Source: Kudoa neothunni (Eukaryota > Animalia > Cnidaria). Taken from it: DNA of 64,000 nt. A program made the position numbers and the translations under genes. The stretch's first letter is position 1. Every line of letters begins with the position of its first letter. Positions 24,657 to 38,430 of the stretch are shown here, piece after piece. A model generated the notes under the pieces. The model had not been told where the DNA came from and ran no database searches. It saw only the letters and a program-made list of their open reading frames with translations. The stretch covers positions 7,280,407 through 7,344,406 of the forward strand of contig OZ199839.1 of the NCBI GenBank assembly GCA_964304625.1, given 5' to 3'.

Positions 24657-27600
24657 AAACATGTTTACCAGAAAATAATCATGTTTAATGTTAGAAAATA
24701 TTATATTATGTAGGAGAGTCAAAATTTGATGGTTTGGACAATGGGTGAGGATTGAACAGATAGGTCTATCGGCGGAACTTTAGGAGAAAGGGCGTTATGC
24801 TTCCAAATTTTGTTGTGTCCATCCAGCCCAGATATGGTAATTTTCCTTAAAGATCCTTGCCTGTTCTTTTTGTGGGGTCCTTTTTTAATGGACGAAAAGA
24901 TGTCTGTTCAAATGGTGTTGAGGTCTGAGAGCCATGAAATTAACCCCATATCTCAGATCTTGTAGTAAGCCCAGGTTCCGGCTGGTATTTCTGTTCTTTG
25001 CGTTTTCTAGCGTGGTCTTTTCAATTAATATCGTTTTCTTAACAAAATATTACGACTGTAATGTAATATCGGCCTTCTTTTCCTTATTGTTAACAAACGA
25101 AATATCCAGGCGACCATTCAATAATATATATGAGGTCGCTTGAATGACCCTAAATGTCCAATCTCTCTTGAGTTTGAGTGTCTTTGAAATTATTTCAAAT
25201 ACTTAATCATGGTGGCGCCTAAATAGACACCACAACATAGATATGCGCTGTGTGGACCACCTTGGAACATATGCTTCATAGATCCAATTCCGCGGGGATA
25301 ACGGGGACAATGGATGTTGGAAGCGATATTTAAAGTTTAACTGCACATTTTGGAACGATACATACCCTCCCTATCATAGTGAACCTATAACTTTGAATAG
25401 CAATCTATTCAATTCGTAACCATGAGTTGGATTCCTTAAGTAGGAGGAAATAGTCCACAAACCTGCGTTGGTCCAGAAGAACTCACCGAGCTTTATTTTT
25501 ATTTTGCTAGCATCAACGAAGTCGCTTGATGCGGGAAACTTTATGAGTGCGGAAAGTTGAGATCTTTGGAGGGGGAGTGTAATGTTGGAATACCTAGAAC
25601 GGTGTTTCCTTATTGTTTTAGGAGTTCGCATCTCCTACAAAGGACAAATGCGGCTTCTATATTCCCATATCAAAAACTAATCAAGACTTGGATGATGGGA
25701 AACATTACGATAAATATTTTCTTGGGTTAAGCGTCACATATGCTTTAATGAAACAATGCATTTATTTTGCAAAGAAAGTTAATAATATGTTGAAAATAAA
25801 GAATGATAAAATATATTTTTATAAATAAAAAAAATATTTATTATTTTTTCTTGAAACCATACCATCCCAGACTCTTCTTTCTTGACAACTATAGCTATAG
25901 ACAAAAGGTCATTTAATGGGGTTTACAAGGAATTCTTCTACTTGTTCACACTAACTTATCTATCTAAACTAACCATCGTGAAAAATTAATTAACTTCAGT
26001 GATGTGATATTTTATTTTCTATATCTTATGAAAAATACGTTGAATTGTGGACCTCAAATAAAGAATTGAAACTAAAATATATTACGGGCTTGCCGGAATA
26101 AAGATTTTACTATAATTTGTAAATTATTGCGGCCAGCTAAATGTTTTCTTTTGTCTTTTCTTTATTTAAAAATAATTATTCATAAAGTTCCACATAAATC
26201 ACATCTGTCCTGTAATTTTGTTTGCTTCGAAACATATTTTTGTTAAAAATTAATCAGGATAATCTCACACATGATCATTGTTGTCATTAACTCGTTTCTG
26301 CGTCTCTAATAGGGAAACCCTTCTGTATAATTAATAAACACGCATCGAAATCGTCATCCATGGCGAAATCAAAAAAAACATCCCCGGTCACGCCCAATTT
26401 TATGATTAAAAGAATAACGCCAACGAGATCAAATAAATTATACTAATAGTCAAAATAAATTGTAGGGAAATAGCACCCCATGACCTCAGTATGCAAAAAC
26501 CGGTATTTCTACTTGTAAATAAATAAAGTGTTATAATTTAATATTTTTGTGTGTAGAACCAAGATTGATGGATGGGTGTAGTTGGGTGGACGTAGGTGTA
26601 GGAGATACGTTTGGCCTCTTCTTGAGGGGCTTCTAACAGCATTCGTTATTGTTGACGATGGGAGGTGTATAGAATATTTTCATTTCTTTAGCCTACTACG
26701 TAGCAGCATCCATAAAACAATTATATCAAAGATCACTATCACCATGATCGGTTCTACACAAAATGTTCCTTAGGACCGGTGTCGTCTCTTCTAAAATAAG
26801 GCTTTGTTATTCCTTCTTTTTCTGGTAATTCTCCAAATAGTTTGAGTTTGATCTATTTGGATTTCCACTGGTCGATGTGGTAGGAACAGCATTGGGAGGG
26901 CCATCAATAACTTGAGGGGGATTAGCAACGTCGTTAATTTCGTCTTGAGTTTCAACTGCAGCATTGCTGTCTTCATCAATCTGAGGTTGATTAACGTTGC
27001 TATCAGTCGATTGAAATGGAGATGATGGGTTATTTCGTATTTCAGAAATAAAAGCGGCAACATCTTGCGAAGTTACGTCAATATTACATTCTTCAACTCG
27101 AGGAGTTTTGAATGTATGTCATCATCAGAGGAAATGTTTGTAAACATTGTGGCAAAATATGTAGAGGTGTTGGATGGCATTGATCTTTTGGTAACCATTG
27201 AAAAGTTATCATCAAAGTCAGAAGAATCATCCAGAATGATATTGATATTTTAATTTTGGGGAGTTGATTCAGTAATTCAGTAGTAATTGTTTAGGTGGGA
27301 ATTTGGGGAGGAATTTGTTTTGATGGGAGAATGGTAGGAGGTGTAGTTGTAGAAGAAGATAGGATCATCACATCTTCATTACTGGAGTTAGAAGAGGTGG
27401 ATTTGGAAATTGTAAGTTGGTTAGAATCGGTATCAGTAGTTAAGGTATTTGAGACATTTTCATCAGCAACTAGCTCATCTACATTAGTAGATACTACATG
27501 AGTAGATCCTTGCGGAGCCTCCTATTTAGCGTCACTGGCGAAAACAGAATATAAATCGTCATTAGAAGCAATTTCAGAAACAGCAACAACAACGGAGTTT

Positions 27601-28250
27601 ATGTTTATAGGCTTGACGTTGGTTGCTTCACAATTAGTGACTGAGTCGTTCGTAAGAGTTAGATGGGTAGCTGGCTCATTAGGAGATAAATTAGGGAGCA
27701 AATCGTCAATTATTATTGATAGATTCGTGAAAATCTTCAACGTTTTACCATCTCCTTCAAACAAATGTCTGTTAAAATACAATTTAACGGCTTATTCACG
27801 TATCTAATTGGCAAGGATGAAAAGTTTCGAAGAGAGATTGTTAATACACACTCTCTGACGTTTATCCTACAAAACTAACGGTGGTAGTTCTTCTGAAACA
27901 TTGTCAGAAGGGCTACTAGTGATATTAATCAATGCTCTGCGATGTTCTTTGATAATGGAGTCCTCGTCGTCGACCAACTTAAGTTCTCTCCACACTGTAA
28001 AACTTCGGACGTATTCACCTACCACTTTCAACAGTTCAGGCAGACGTAACTTTGGACGGCTCCTTTCTTTAAATTGTTGGTATTTAAAGTAATAACAACG
28101 AATGACGCGCGAGAGACCATTGATCGCATCGTGTGTGTCCATTACTGAAAAGTACGAAGAACGAACCGGCGAGCACGTAGACTGAACAGTGATCGGCGAA
28201 TTTTGCGTACCTTTGCGCACATGCGTAATTTATTTTCTTCGTTTATAAAT
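24657..28250 (-). mobile_element. Old, internally deleted RLE-type non-LTR retrotransposon related to 31638-38557
   Basis: 3' part ~24750-25650 has remnants of the zinc knuckle/RH and RLE motifs (CPRYP..KHMFQGGP, RRHHD, ADIT, ARKRKEQKY); 26790-28220 is low-complexity S/N/T/P coding sequence; N-terminal block QFKERSRPKLRLPELLKVVGEYVR resembles QVKDRGKKLPPVVKSVAKFVR of the younger copy; RT not found. Confidence 0.7.
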
Positions 28251-28548
28251 TTGATTTTTTTCTATCCTTATACATAAATTCTTTGCATTTCAATGCATTA
28301 TCGTAACTATCTGATGAAGACATAATTTAAAAATTCCAAATATTCCTGAGTGTGAGCGGAAATCGTTTGAATATTCGCAACAAGATTGTAATAATTTAAT
28401 GCGTAATTTCACTTAATTTAGTTGACCTCACTCTTTAAATATACCTTCGAAAATATTCGTCTAAACCACATTTATTTTATCCAAAAAATATACAAAATAA
28501 AAATTATACTACGATTTATCCGATGTTTTGGGGAAGAAGTTTGTTATT

Positions 28549-30343
28549 TTAGTTTGAAGTAAATTTTATGTTTATATTTCCGACATCATTTTCTTCATTA
28601 TTCAAAAGAAGTCCATAATATTCAAGTCTATTATTTCTAAAATAGGTTTTCAATTTATTTATACACTCTAGTGCGCATTTTGAAGTGGCGCTGTCTTCGA
28701 CTTCGAGTTGGAACTCCTCATCTGATTTATTATCCAGTTCGTCAGAATATTGTTCGAAATCTTCAAGATCAGCTTTAGTTTGTTCCTGATCTTCCTCATT
28801 TATTATTTCGTCAATTTCCAAAGACAATTCAGGCTCTATCCTTTCATTTGCTTGAGTGAGTGATGTTGACTTCATTTAAAATATTTGTATCTTGTTTGAT
28901 AAAACCAGCTTTTTCAAAACAGTTAATGACAGTCTGTTGATTAACATCATGTCAAGCATTTTTTATCATTATCAGAGCATTTAGAATATCTGGAGGGTTA
29001 GGAGTCATTTTGGCTTCAACATACGCAATATTCCTTTGTATCAATTTTGAAATGTACGAAACCTTAAAGGAACGAATAATCCCTTGATCAAGGGGCTGCA
29101 ACATACTCGTATTATTCTTGGGTAGGTACTTGAGAGCGATATTACTTGGGTCGGAATGAATATGGCAACCTGCATTGTCGACGAATAGTAGGAGTACTTT
29201 TTTGTCTTTACTCCTGAAAAAACTATTCAATTTTGACAGATATCTCCTAAAAATGGCTCCATTCAACCAAGCTTTTTATGAATGTTCGTAAGCGACTAGC
29301 AAATTAGGCACATTTTTTAAAACATCGAGGTTTACAAAAATGTCTTATTACAAGCGGATCAAACTTTTCACCAGTCGTGGAAGCACCAAATAAAATGGTC
29401 ACTCTTATTTCTGATTTTTTTAGGCATCCGTTATTTCGTTCGTTAGGTGCAACATAGCTTTTACCTGTGAAATGCTTGTTAATATTTAATTATTAATTGT
29501 TTACCTCTCTGCTATTGGTAATAAAGTGCCGTTTCGTCTAAACTGTATACGTAATCAGGAGAGAAACCGAATGAAACATCAGCTAAACGTAGCTTCCAAT
29601 CATCTACAACCGTTGGATCTACCGAGGCAGATTCACCATGGAAGGTAACCCCTCTCAGGTTGAAGCAAGTTTTAAATCCTCTGAACAAACCTGTGATAGC
29701 AGTAGAATTATCGCCCCTCGATTTTGCGATATTGTTTCGTTTAGAAATAGTATCGTATATAGATAGTTCGACGTTTTTGCTCCTCGTGACATTGAACCAG
29801 TTAAAAACAGCGTCATCGGTATCATTCTCCTTCCTCAGTTTTAAATTTTTTCTTTTCGACGAAATTAGACCAGACTCATCCTTCGTTGGTCTCAATTTCT
29901 TATCCTTTATCGAGAATGCTATTCAAGGATGATATTGTGGGTAAATTAAATTTTTTAATTGTGGCTGCTTTCGCTCCTTTTTTTTGGTAGCGTACCATAA
30001 TATTTTATGATATCGAGTTTATCTTTTAATGTTCGATGTTTTTTTATTGTTTTAGCCACTCCAGAGTCTTCGAAAGGGGTAAAAAAACGTGCGCAACGTG
30101 TTTAAAAACGTACGTGAAATCGGTCAACAGACCTCGAATCAGACTCTAAAAGGTAAGTAAATCGGTATGACCGATTTTACATACTTTTGATTTCTCTATT
30201 AATCAAAAAAAAATTTTAAATTAGAATTCGAATAAATATTAATGAATAAACTATCTATCATTTGGTTTGTATAGTTTTTACACCAATGAATGTCTACATA
30301 AAAGTGCATAAAATCGGTACTACGTAGAATCCGTCAACCACTG
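28549..30343 (-). mobile_element. pogo/Tigger (CENP-B/DDE_1) transposon, decayed
   Basis: FNWF..R HTH region, HGESASVD, YSLDETALY, VLLLFVDNAGCH, LPKNNTSMLQPLDQGIIRSFK; terminus TA-CAGTGGTTGACGG at 30343. Confidence 0.85.
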
Positions 30344-30353
30344 TACTTCTAAG

Positions 30354-31391
30354 GGTTAACTACACTATACGTGTACCAACCTTGGAATCCGATGAGAACG
30401 TTCGGTAAAAATTGGAGATGCATTTAATTTGTATATAATATCAATAAATATCTACAATGTATGCATAATTCTCGTTTGTAATATTTCTTTCGAAAAAGAT
30501 AGTCTGATATATACTCAGGCAAGGTTTATGAGTTTTTGTTTGTGGCTTCTTCGTATTTACGTTTAAAAGCGCCCCAAATAGACTCAATCCGGTTGGTATG
30601 GACTCCTTCACTTGAAACAAACTGTCATTTATGGATAACTCTTCCATGAACGAAACCTAGACCCTCTAACCTATTGTATCCAGCCCAACCGTCAGTACAT
30701 ATTGTAGAACCTTCTACGTTATCAACTATTATGTTCTCAAGAACATTCTGATTCCTGTAACGGGATATTTTAAAAAAACAATCACCATTTTTGTCTATTC
30801 CCCAATTAACCAGAACTGTTGGTTCTTCAAAATTCTCCCCATGTTGTACTTTCTTTTGGAGACAGCAGTCTCGTCAATTTGAACTACAACGTTCTCGTCT
30901 CCAATTTTTGTGCACTCTCCATCCAATTTCAAATCACATTTTCCCATTCTGCTATGGTAGAAAAGGATGCGATATCGATATGATGTTGTATTTCTTCATA
31001 GGTGGTGCTGGGACTTTTGACAGTATAGAGGAGAAAGACCAAATATTTCCACAATGGAAGGTTTGATCGTTCGAAAATATTGTATTTTCTAATTGAGCAT
31101 CTTTTTCGGCAAAATTTGCAATAAAACTGATGACTATTACCAATGTCCTTCCTTGTCACTATTTTCGTCATCGAGCCACAAGAACATTTAAGATAGCTCC
31201 TCAAAAGTCCGATATTGATCAGAGTTTCAATTATATAATTTATGTCATCTCGAAAATAACCATAGTTAAGTATTGTTATGATATTTATATTTTCCAAAGT
31301 GAACATTCTTTTAAAACTCGACGTGGCGCAATTATTTCCCGAGAATATGTGATAGCTCGCTAAGTTTATATACATATACTGTAGTTTGGCC
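30354..31391 (-). mobile_element. Internally deleted Merlin element (same family as 62607-63645)
   Basis: GG-starting ~30-bp TIRs, perfect 8-bp TSD CTTCTAAG (30346-30353, 31392-31399), CSCG...YCKFC...SIRK..IFERS zinc-ribbon N-terminus and fragmentary DDE region. Confidence 0.85.
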
Positions 31392-31601
31392 CTTCTAAGA
31401 ACAAGCAAGCAAAAGTAGAGTGGGAAAACGTTAAAATTCTAAGAGAAAAACGAGTCGTCAAACTTCGGTTTGCACCCAAAAAACGCAACTTCCCAAATAA
31501 GCTGGTTACAACAAACCTGGGAACACCAATAGAAAGCACTAGTCTTCTAGATACAGAATATGCCAAATTCAATGCATAAAAAGATCGCGAATACGAAAAA
31601 T

Positions 31602-31637
31602 TAGCCAAAATGGGAATCGAACCCACGGCCTCAGCAT
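31602..31637 (-). pseudogene. tRNA-Ile 3' half (nt 38-73) at the retrotransposon 3' junction, followed by T5
   Basis: 34/36 identical to 38564-38599; starts at nt 38 of the anticodon loop; ATTTTT follows the discriminator. Confidence 0.92.
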
Positions 31638-31790
31638 AGAAATAAAACTACATAAACTAATGTTTTTTATCTAATAGCCATTTTTATTTGAGTTTGGATC
31701 CATACCTGCAGCAGTTTGGCTAAATATTATGCACACCCGCGGTTTCTCGCATATGGCACAATATATTTCTTGGGGGAAGCTATCTTCAGG

Positions 31791-34700
31791 TTATTTGTTT
31801 ACGTGGTGTTTGAAAACACCATGGCTTGATACCAAAATTTGGGTTGTTATCGTCTTCTTCAGACGTTTCGCAGCTCGTTTCGGAATCCCAAGCAGTTTGA
31901 ATATCTCATTATTGGTTGAGAGATGGCTTCCGAGAGATCCAAAGACGAAGCATTTGTTTTCCACTTTAAAATTTAGTCGCTCTAAAAACAAAGTTTCATC
32001 CTTGTACTTTCCTTCTTTTTCGTTTCTGACTTCTACCAATCTCTCAGGGTTGGATTCATATGGGATGGTTATGTCGGGAATGAAGACAGTCATTTTATGT
32101 TCATTAAAAGGAACCAGATCCGAGCGTCTGTCAAAGCCGTCAATGAATATTTGATCCTTGAAGAGTGTTTGATTTCTCTTCGGCTTTATCTTGTCGCAGA
32201 TGAATTCAAGAATTTTGTTGTGGCGAGAAATTATTGTTTGTTTATTGTAGGGACAGCCATTCAGAATATGTGATAGATTCTCATGGGGATGTGAACAATG
32301 GCGGCAGTTTGAGTCTTGGATTCGCTTGATTTTGTATAGATTGCTCTTTGTTGGGAGGACGTTTAACTGAGCGTGTATGGCAAATTGGGCTGAACTAACG
32401 CTTATGTGCCCATTATGTATCCACGCGTTGAAACATTTGTCATCCGATAAGGAGATGCACGCCTTGCCATGTTCAGGGAGGGACTTCCAGTTTTCATAAT
32501 GTTGTGCTTGAATGTACCACCGCAAAAGTTTTATTCGGGCGGGTGTAAGAGTTGGGTTGATCCGCGCTGTAGAAGGGGGTTTCTTCAAAGTGGACTGCTC
32601 GAATCCGATGTACAAGTGAGGAACGAAGACAGATTTAAATTTGAAATTTAACTACTTCCTATATTTTCTTTTCGTAGGGTGGAGAAGAGGGATTTGACGT
32701 CTCGAATTCTTGGTAGGTTTTCATCTGAATTGAGAAAGTCAGCAACCCGTGGAACTTGGTTTGGGTCTGGGATTCTCTTGAGGACGACGTTTTCCAGAGC
32801 ATCGATGGCGAGATTGTTGATTCGATCATCATCACTTGCAATTAAGCCCAGTGCGGAAGAGATTCTCAGTGCTCAATGATCGCTGACATTATCACGTATG
32901 CCGAAGCCTTCGAGTTTGGTTGGGGTGTATAATGAGGATTTGTTAGTTGTTTTATGAAGTCGATACCAGTTGCTGACATGAGAGTTAATAAAACGTTGGA
33001 GCGACTTGAGTTCTTCAATGCGGAGCTGCGTAGTTTTGAATTTAAAATCCAGCATTGGCAACAAATATATTTTTAGAATTTGGAGTTTCATGTAGGGGTA
33101 CAGGTATGAATTGGAAATTTTAGTGAGTGCAGACTTGAATTTGTCAATGGTTGTATGGAGGTCTTGGAAAAATTCGAGATTCTTATTGGTGCCCAAGTAT
33201 TTGTAATACTCATGCAGCTTCATCATGGGGATATTTTCTCCAAAGAGTTTGAGTGGCTTGTGGAAAGATGGATGGTTGGTAACTTGAAGATGTCGATGAT
33301 ATTGGGATTGGATTGATGCACATTTGGAGGCATTAGCCTTCGTATCTATTTTGTTTAGGAATTCCTCCAGGAGTTTGAGAGATTGTTCCGCGTTTTTTCT
33401 AGAGTTAGACATTAGAACTATATCATCTGCATATGCTAGAACCGTTAATTTTGGTCCAAATTTGAGTTGATAGCCGAGGTCTCGTGTGTCAATATCTTGT
33501 AGGAATTGGTCAATTGCCAAATTAAAAAGTAGAGGAGAGAGAGGGCACCCTTGACGTACACCTCTGCCATTCATGTAGTGTTTTGCTGTGTTTTGTTTTT
33601 GGTCTCTCACAATGTTGAATGAATTCTTGTATAGATGATTCACCAAATGGATAACTTTGTGTGGAACTTGTTGGCTTATAAGTTGACTGATAATTTTCCA
33701 ATGCGGAACGGAATCAAACGCTTTCCGTAGATCAATCCATGTGAGATAGAGGTGAGTATGGTTTCGTTTATGATCATGAAGCACTTCTTGTAAGGTGTAT
33801 GCGTGTTCGATACAACCCTCACCAGGTTGGAAGCCTTTTTGGTTAGGGGATAATTTGATTAATTCACTGGTTTTGGAATTTAGAGCAGACATAAAAATTC
33901 TGTAGATAGTTTGTGTAACACAAATAGGTCTATAATCGGAGGTGGAGTTTGGATTTGGAGATTCACTTTTTGGAATTAGGACCATTCTCGCTTCCAACCA
34001 TTGTTTTGGAACTTGTTGGGCATTGAGGATCTTGTTGAAGATGGGCGTGAGGACGTGTTCCACGGTAGGCAGCGTTTTCCAGAATTTCATGATAATGCCA
34101 TCCATTCCAGAACTTGTATCAACTTTAGCGCGGAGTACAGCATGACGTATTTCGTTTTCAGTAAATATAAATGCATCATGTGAATTTTCTGGATAGATTG
34201 AAGGTTGGGATAGGTTTGGCGAATTTGAGGGATTGGTTGATGGTGACTTGTGTGTGTGTGTGTGTGTGGCTTTTTGGAAGAATTTGACTGTACATTTGAA
34301 TTCTGGAAGGTTACGTTCGTTGGTTCTTTATCAGATTCATCGTGCATGAATTCATTTGGGTCTGTGTGGAAACCATCACTCTGAGCTTCAGTGGTTTGAT
34401 TAGTGTTGTTACAATCGTCTTTCATCATTTGAGTAAGGCTTTCGATACCTTCAGCGAATTCATCTGGTGGGACTGGTGGTGGGAATTTCAGGGACTTGAC
34501 GATTTGTTCAGCCGGAGCTTGACACCAGATTGGTTTTGGTTGGGTGATTTCTCGGACACACTTTTTGGGATTCAATTTAAATAAACTGCGTAGGCGTTTT
34601 GCATCCTCGTCATTCCATGGGCTAGTTGGGTTGTGTACATCAGTCGTCGGTTCCTCGTTTAGGCCATCTATTACGACTGGTGTTTGATTTGTTTTGTCAT

Positions 34701-37700
34701 GTTGAGAATTTTGGATGATCACATCGCTGTCATTATCATCTTGGATTTTGGGAATTAATTGATCATTCACTGTAAGTTCATTCAAAACAGGTATATTTTC
34801 TGGATTTTGTGGATTATTAGAAGACTTTGGTCGGAAAGGGTAGGAACTATGAGCCTGTTTTGTAAGGATAGGATTTTTGATTTTGGGGATGTAGAACATT
34901 TTAAGTGACTGAGCATGGGCAGTCGCCTGGCGAATAAAATCGTCATAATGTTCATCAATTGGCATATTTGAAGAGTCATTCTTAACATTAAGAGCTACTA
35001 ATTCATTCATGCATGCATCAAGCTTTTCGCTGAGCTTCTGTTTATGGTCATAGTAGTCTGGATATTCTTTACTGTTAACATTATCATTGTTATTCTCCAC
35101 ATCTTGATTTTTGTCGTTATCAGCAATAGTCTTATCTGTATCATGTTTATCATTATTATTTAGCATAAAATCATCGAATTCAATGTCAGTTGGATTATTT
35201 GTGGATATGTAGGAAGGTTTGTCGTTGGGTATTTTGGGGATCGATGGTTTATGGGTATCATTATCGTTGTTGTTTGCTGACACTTGCGAAGAGGTGGGGT
35301 CGTTTTTAGGCCGCTCTTTAGAATGCTTGGAGGTTGGAGGTTTTTTGAAAGTTGATCTTTTGAGCGGTTTGATGATAAATTTGGCTTTTCCTTTAGAAAT
35401 GATGGACTCCATAATTAGCGAGTCTTTTGTTTTCGGATTTGAGTTAGAATTGGAGTTTGAGATAGTTGGAGGCAAAATCGTAGTTGGAAGTATTTGATTT
35501 TTGGTCTTCTTTTTTGATACACTTTTAAAAATATTTTGCAATAGAACAGATTTGATGTTGAAGATGTTTGGAGTAGAGCTTTCTTGGGAGTTGACAGATT
35601 CTAGTTCTAATTGATTGTTAGTGATTGGTGTTTCAAATTCTAATTGTAATTGTTCGGCTGCAACTCTATTCATGGCTAGCGCGAGTTCTCTTATATGATC
35701 ATCATTATTACAAGGAGTGAGTGATGGGGTAGACGGATTTAGGAGATCATAAGTTGATGTTTGAGTTTGGATTTGGTCAGAAGATTCCATGACTGATTGC
35801 TGTGTTGAATCAATAATGATTGTTTCAGGGGATTCATCATTTAGATGATTTTGGTTATTGAATGACTTTTGTTTCTGCTCAGATAAGAATTCGTTCACCT
35901 CTTGAGAGTCCAACTCCATCACTTTGCAGAAACCATCATTATAATCGGAATCTGAATCTGGGTCAGATTCGGAGAGTTTGGAGAATTTAACTTGTTTGGC
36001 TTTAGGGTGGTACAATATGCTCAATTCTTGGGATTTGGATTTCTTGCTAGTAGAGCGTAGGTTAATTAGGTTTTCTTTAGGAGTAGTGGCTTGATCTTTT
36101 AAAGTGGAATTGTCCCTTTTGCATGGGGCAGGAATAGAAATAAATGCTGCGGCTGTGGGTTTGGAGGAAGAAGAAGAAACATGAGGATTTTTATTGGACA
36201 GTCTAGGGGATTTATCCAACGAGCTATCTTGATTATTAGGGGAGGTGGGCTCATTTGGGGTTGTGTTAGATTGAGGATTATGATCAGAGTCAGGGAATGA
36301 ATTATTTAAAAGGGAAACCTTATTGAGGGAAGGGTTCGAATTAAGATTAGATTTCTTAGAATCATGAGTAGGATCGATATTAGATATTACACTTTCTGCA
36401 CGAATAGTGGCAGAAGAGGTGTTATTAACACTAAAAGAGGAAAAAGTTGCACTAGATTTATCTATGGAATTAGGATTTGTGTTATTATTAGAATTAGATG
36501 TGTTAATATTTTCAGAGGTAGTTTTATTATTGCTATTAAGGTCGGCTATATTTTCAATATTATAATTAACTAAAGTAGAAGTATTAAAAGTAGTAAAATT
36601 AGAAGAAAAAGAGGAAGAAAGGTTAATATTAGAATTAGAATTAGTAGAACTATTAATGTTTAATTTGCTTCCTACTAGAGTGGAATTTGTATTAATATTA
36701 AGGTCGCGCTTCTCATTAAAAATAGAATCATTAGAAACGTTAGAAATACAAAAGTCTTTTGTTTTGTCAACAGAGATACTTTCGGAAAGATTCTCATGTT
36801 GACTAACAGAAGATTCTGTATTTAATGAATTATTAAAAGAGTCATGTAAATGATTATGTAAAGAAACATCATTGCCACATTGAGAATTTGCTAAAGAGAA
36901 AGAGTCGCGTTGAACAACGCGAGAAGCTTGATTAGGGGAGAATTTGGGTGGAACGTTGTGATTCCTTGGAAGCGGCCAGTTTGCGTCAGCAGATGAGGAG
37001 TCATCATTAATGTCTTGATCGGAGTTGTAATTTGATTCATCCTGATCGGAATTGGAATTGGAATTGATGGTTTCGGTAACAGCGTACCTTGAGTTTTTGT
37101 CAACATGATAAATTTTGTAGTTATTGTTAGATGAGTTGATCAGAGATTCATTAATTAAGGGACTTTGTGCAAAGTCATCAATATAAGAGTGGTGAATGTC
37201 TTCAAGGATTTGACGATATTCATCCTCATCAATTTGATGCTCTGGCTCCTCTATAGATTCCATTGTAGAATTTCATTGTAGATTCCACTGCAGATTCCAT
37301 TGTAGATTTAGCGGGACTTTCACAAATTTCACCAAATAAAGGATGCTCGTCGTCTGGTAAAATTTGTGGTGGTGTACGGGATTTAATGAGATGTTGGGTT
37401 AAATTTGAAAAAATTCCAGAATTATTAGTTAAAGTTTGCGGACTCAGCGGCTTACTATTCTTAATGCGCTCTAAATTTACTTGAGGGAAACATTCCAAAA
37501 CAGTATCAAAAATTTTAAATGTTTTATAATACGAATTGTTGGTTAAATCAACTACACCACACGCTTGCTTAATAATATTATCATTTAAAATTGGTTGCTC
37601 AGGAATATATTTGGAAAAATCAGTATTAATATCTGTTAAAGTTAAATTTAAATTGGATGAATTGTTAGCCAAGTTAGAGCGATCATGTGTATTGTTAGAA

Positions 37701-38430
37701 ATTGAATTGTTTTTAACATTACCTATAAGCGAAATGCTATTGGAAATTACATTAAGATTAAGATTATTAGAGATATTGTCAGTTAAATTAGTCAAATCTG
37801 GAGAGTTTTCAAAATTGTTAATATTTTCAACAGATTTAAGATTAGTATTACTATAAGCAACGTCATCAGTTTTATCGTGATCAATATTTTTAAGATTTTT
37901 ATGTAAAGATGGATTATTACTCTCTAAAGTACAAAAGGGTGGATTATTGTTAGAATCAGGAAAATTAAAATTGGATTTTGAAGGATTATATACGGAAAAT
38001 GATGGAGTTTCTAAAGAATTACTTTGAGGGAAAAGGGAGTCAATGTATTTTTGGTAAATAGAATCTGATGGAAATTTTGGCCAAAGCTTCAAATCAGATT
38101 CAATCAAAATGCAGCCATCCCTTTCTATTAACTTCTCTGGAAATTCACATAAATCTATCTCATTTTGGATAGTATCGAACAAATTGGACAAAATAACATC
38201 TCTAGAAATGAGTGATTCATCGATAGCTTTCATGAGGAGTCTCTCACGAGCATCTTTAGATACGTTTGAAGATGACGGCTCGTCAAATTGTCAAGCTGAA
38301 TATGATAAATCTTCAAACGCTCCATCAATCTAACAAATTTGGCCACCGACTTCACCACTGGAGGTAACTTTTTACCCCTGTCTTTAACTTGAATACACGC
38401 CGTATAGTGAATTAGCATACACCTCGGCAT
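31791..38430 (-). pseudogene. Interrupted single large ORF (~2200 codons) of the retrotransposon
   Basis: ORF pieces 38230-38430, 37229-38233, 34087-37263, 32873-34105 and 31791-32615 can be joined through small indels (~38290, ~37270, the (CA)10 tract at 34249-34268, ~32650) and one in-frame TGA at 32873-32875. Confidence 0.8.
34249..34268. repeat. (TG)10/(CA)10 microsatellite inside the retrotransposon ORF
   Basis: Directly visible; (CA)9 would fuse the upstream ORF to the RT frame. Confidence 0.9.

Noticed and set aside
28250-28400. Upstream tRNA for the older retrotransposon copy
   Set aside because: Only a weak GCATTAT match; no A box, B box or cloverleaf.
30351-30359. AGGGTTAA as a piggyBac right end
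   Set aside because: Better explained as the CTTCTAAG TSD plus the GG-starting TIR of the Merlin element.
38230-38233. ATGA stop-start overlap as coupled translation of two retrotransposon ORFs
   Set aside because: The older copy encodes similar segments from both sides in one frame, which favours a simple frameshift lesion.
31729-38333. Plus-strand ORFs overlapping the retrotransposon
   Set aside because: Antisense shadows of the minus-strand coding sequence with no motifs.
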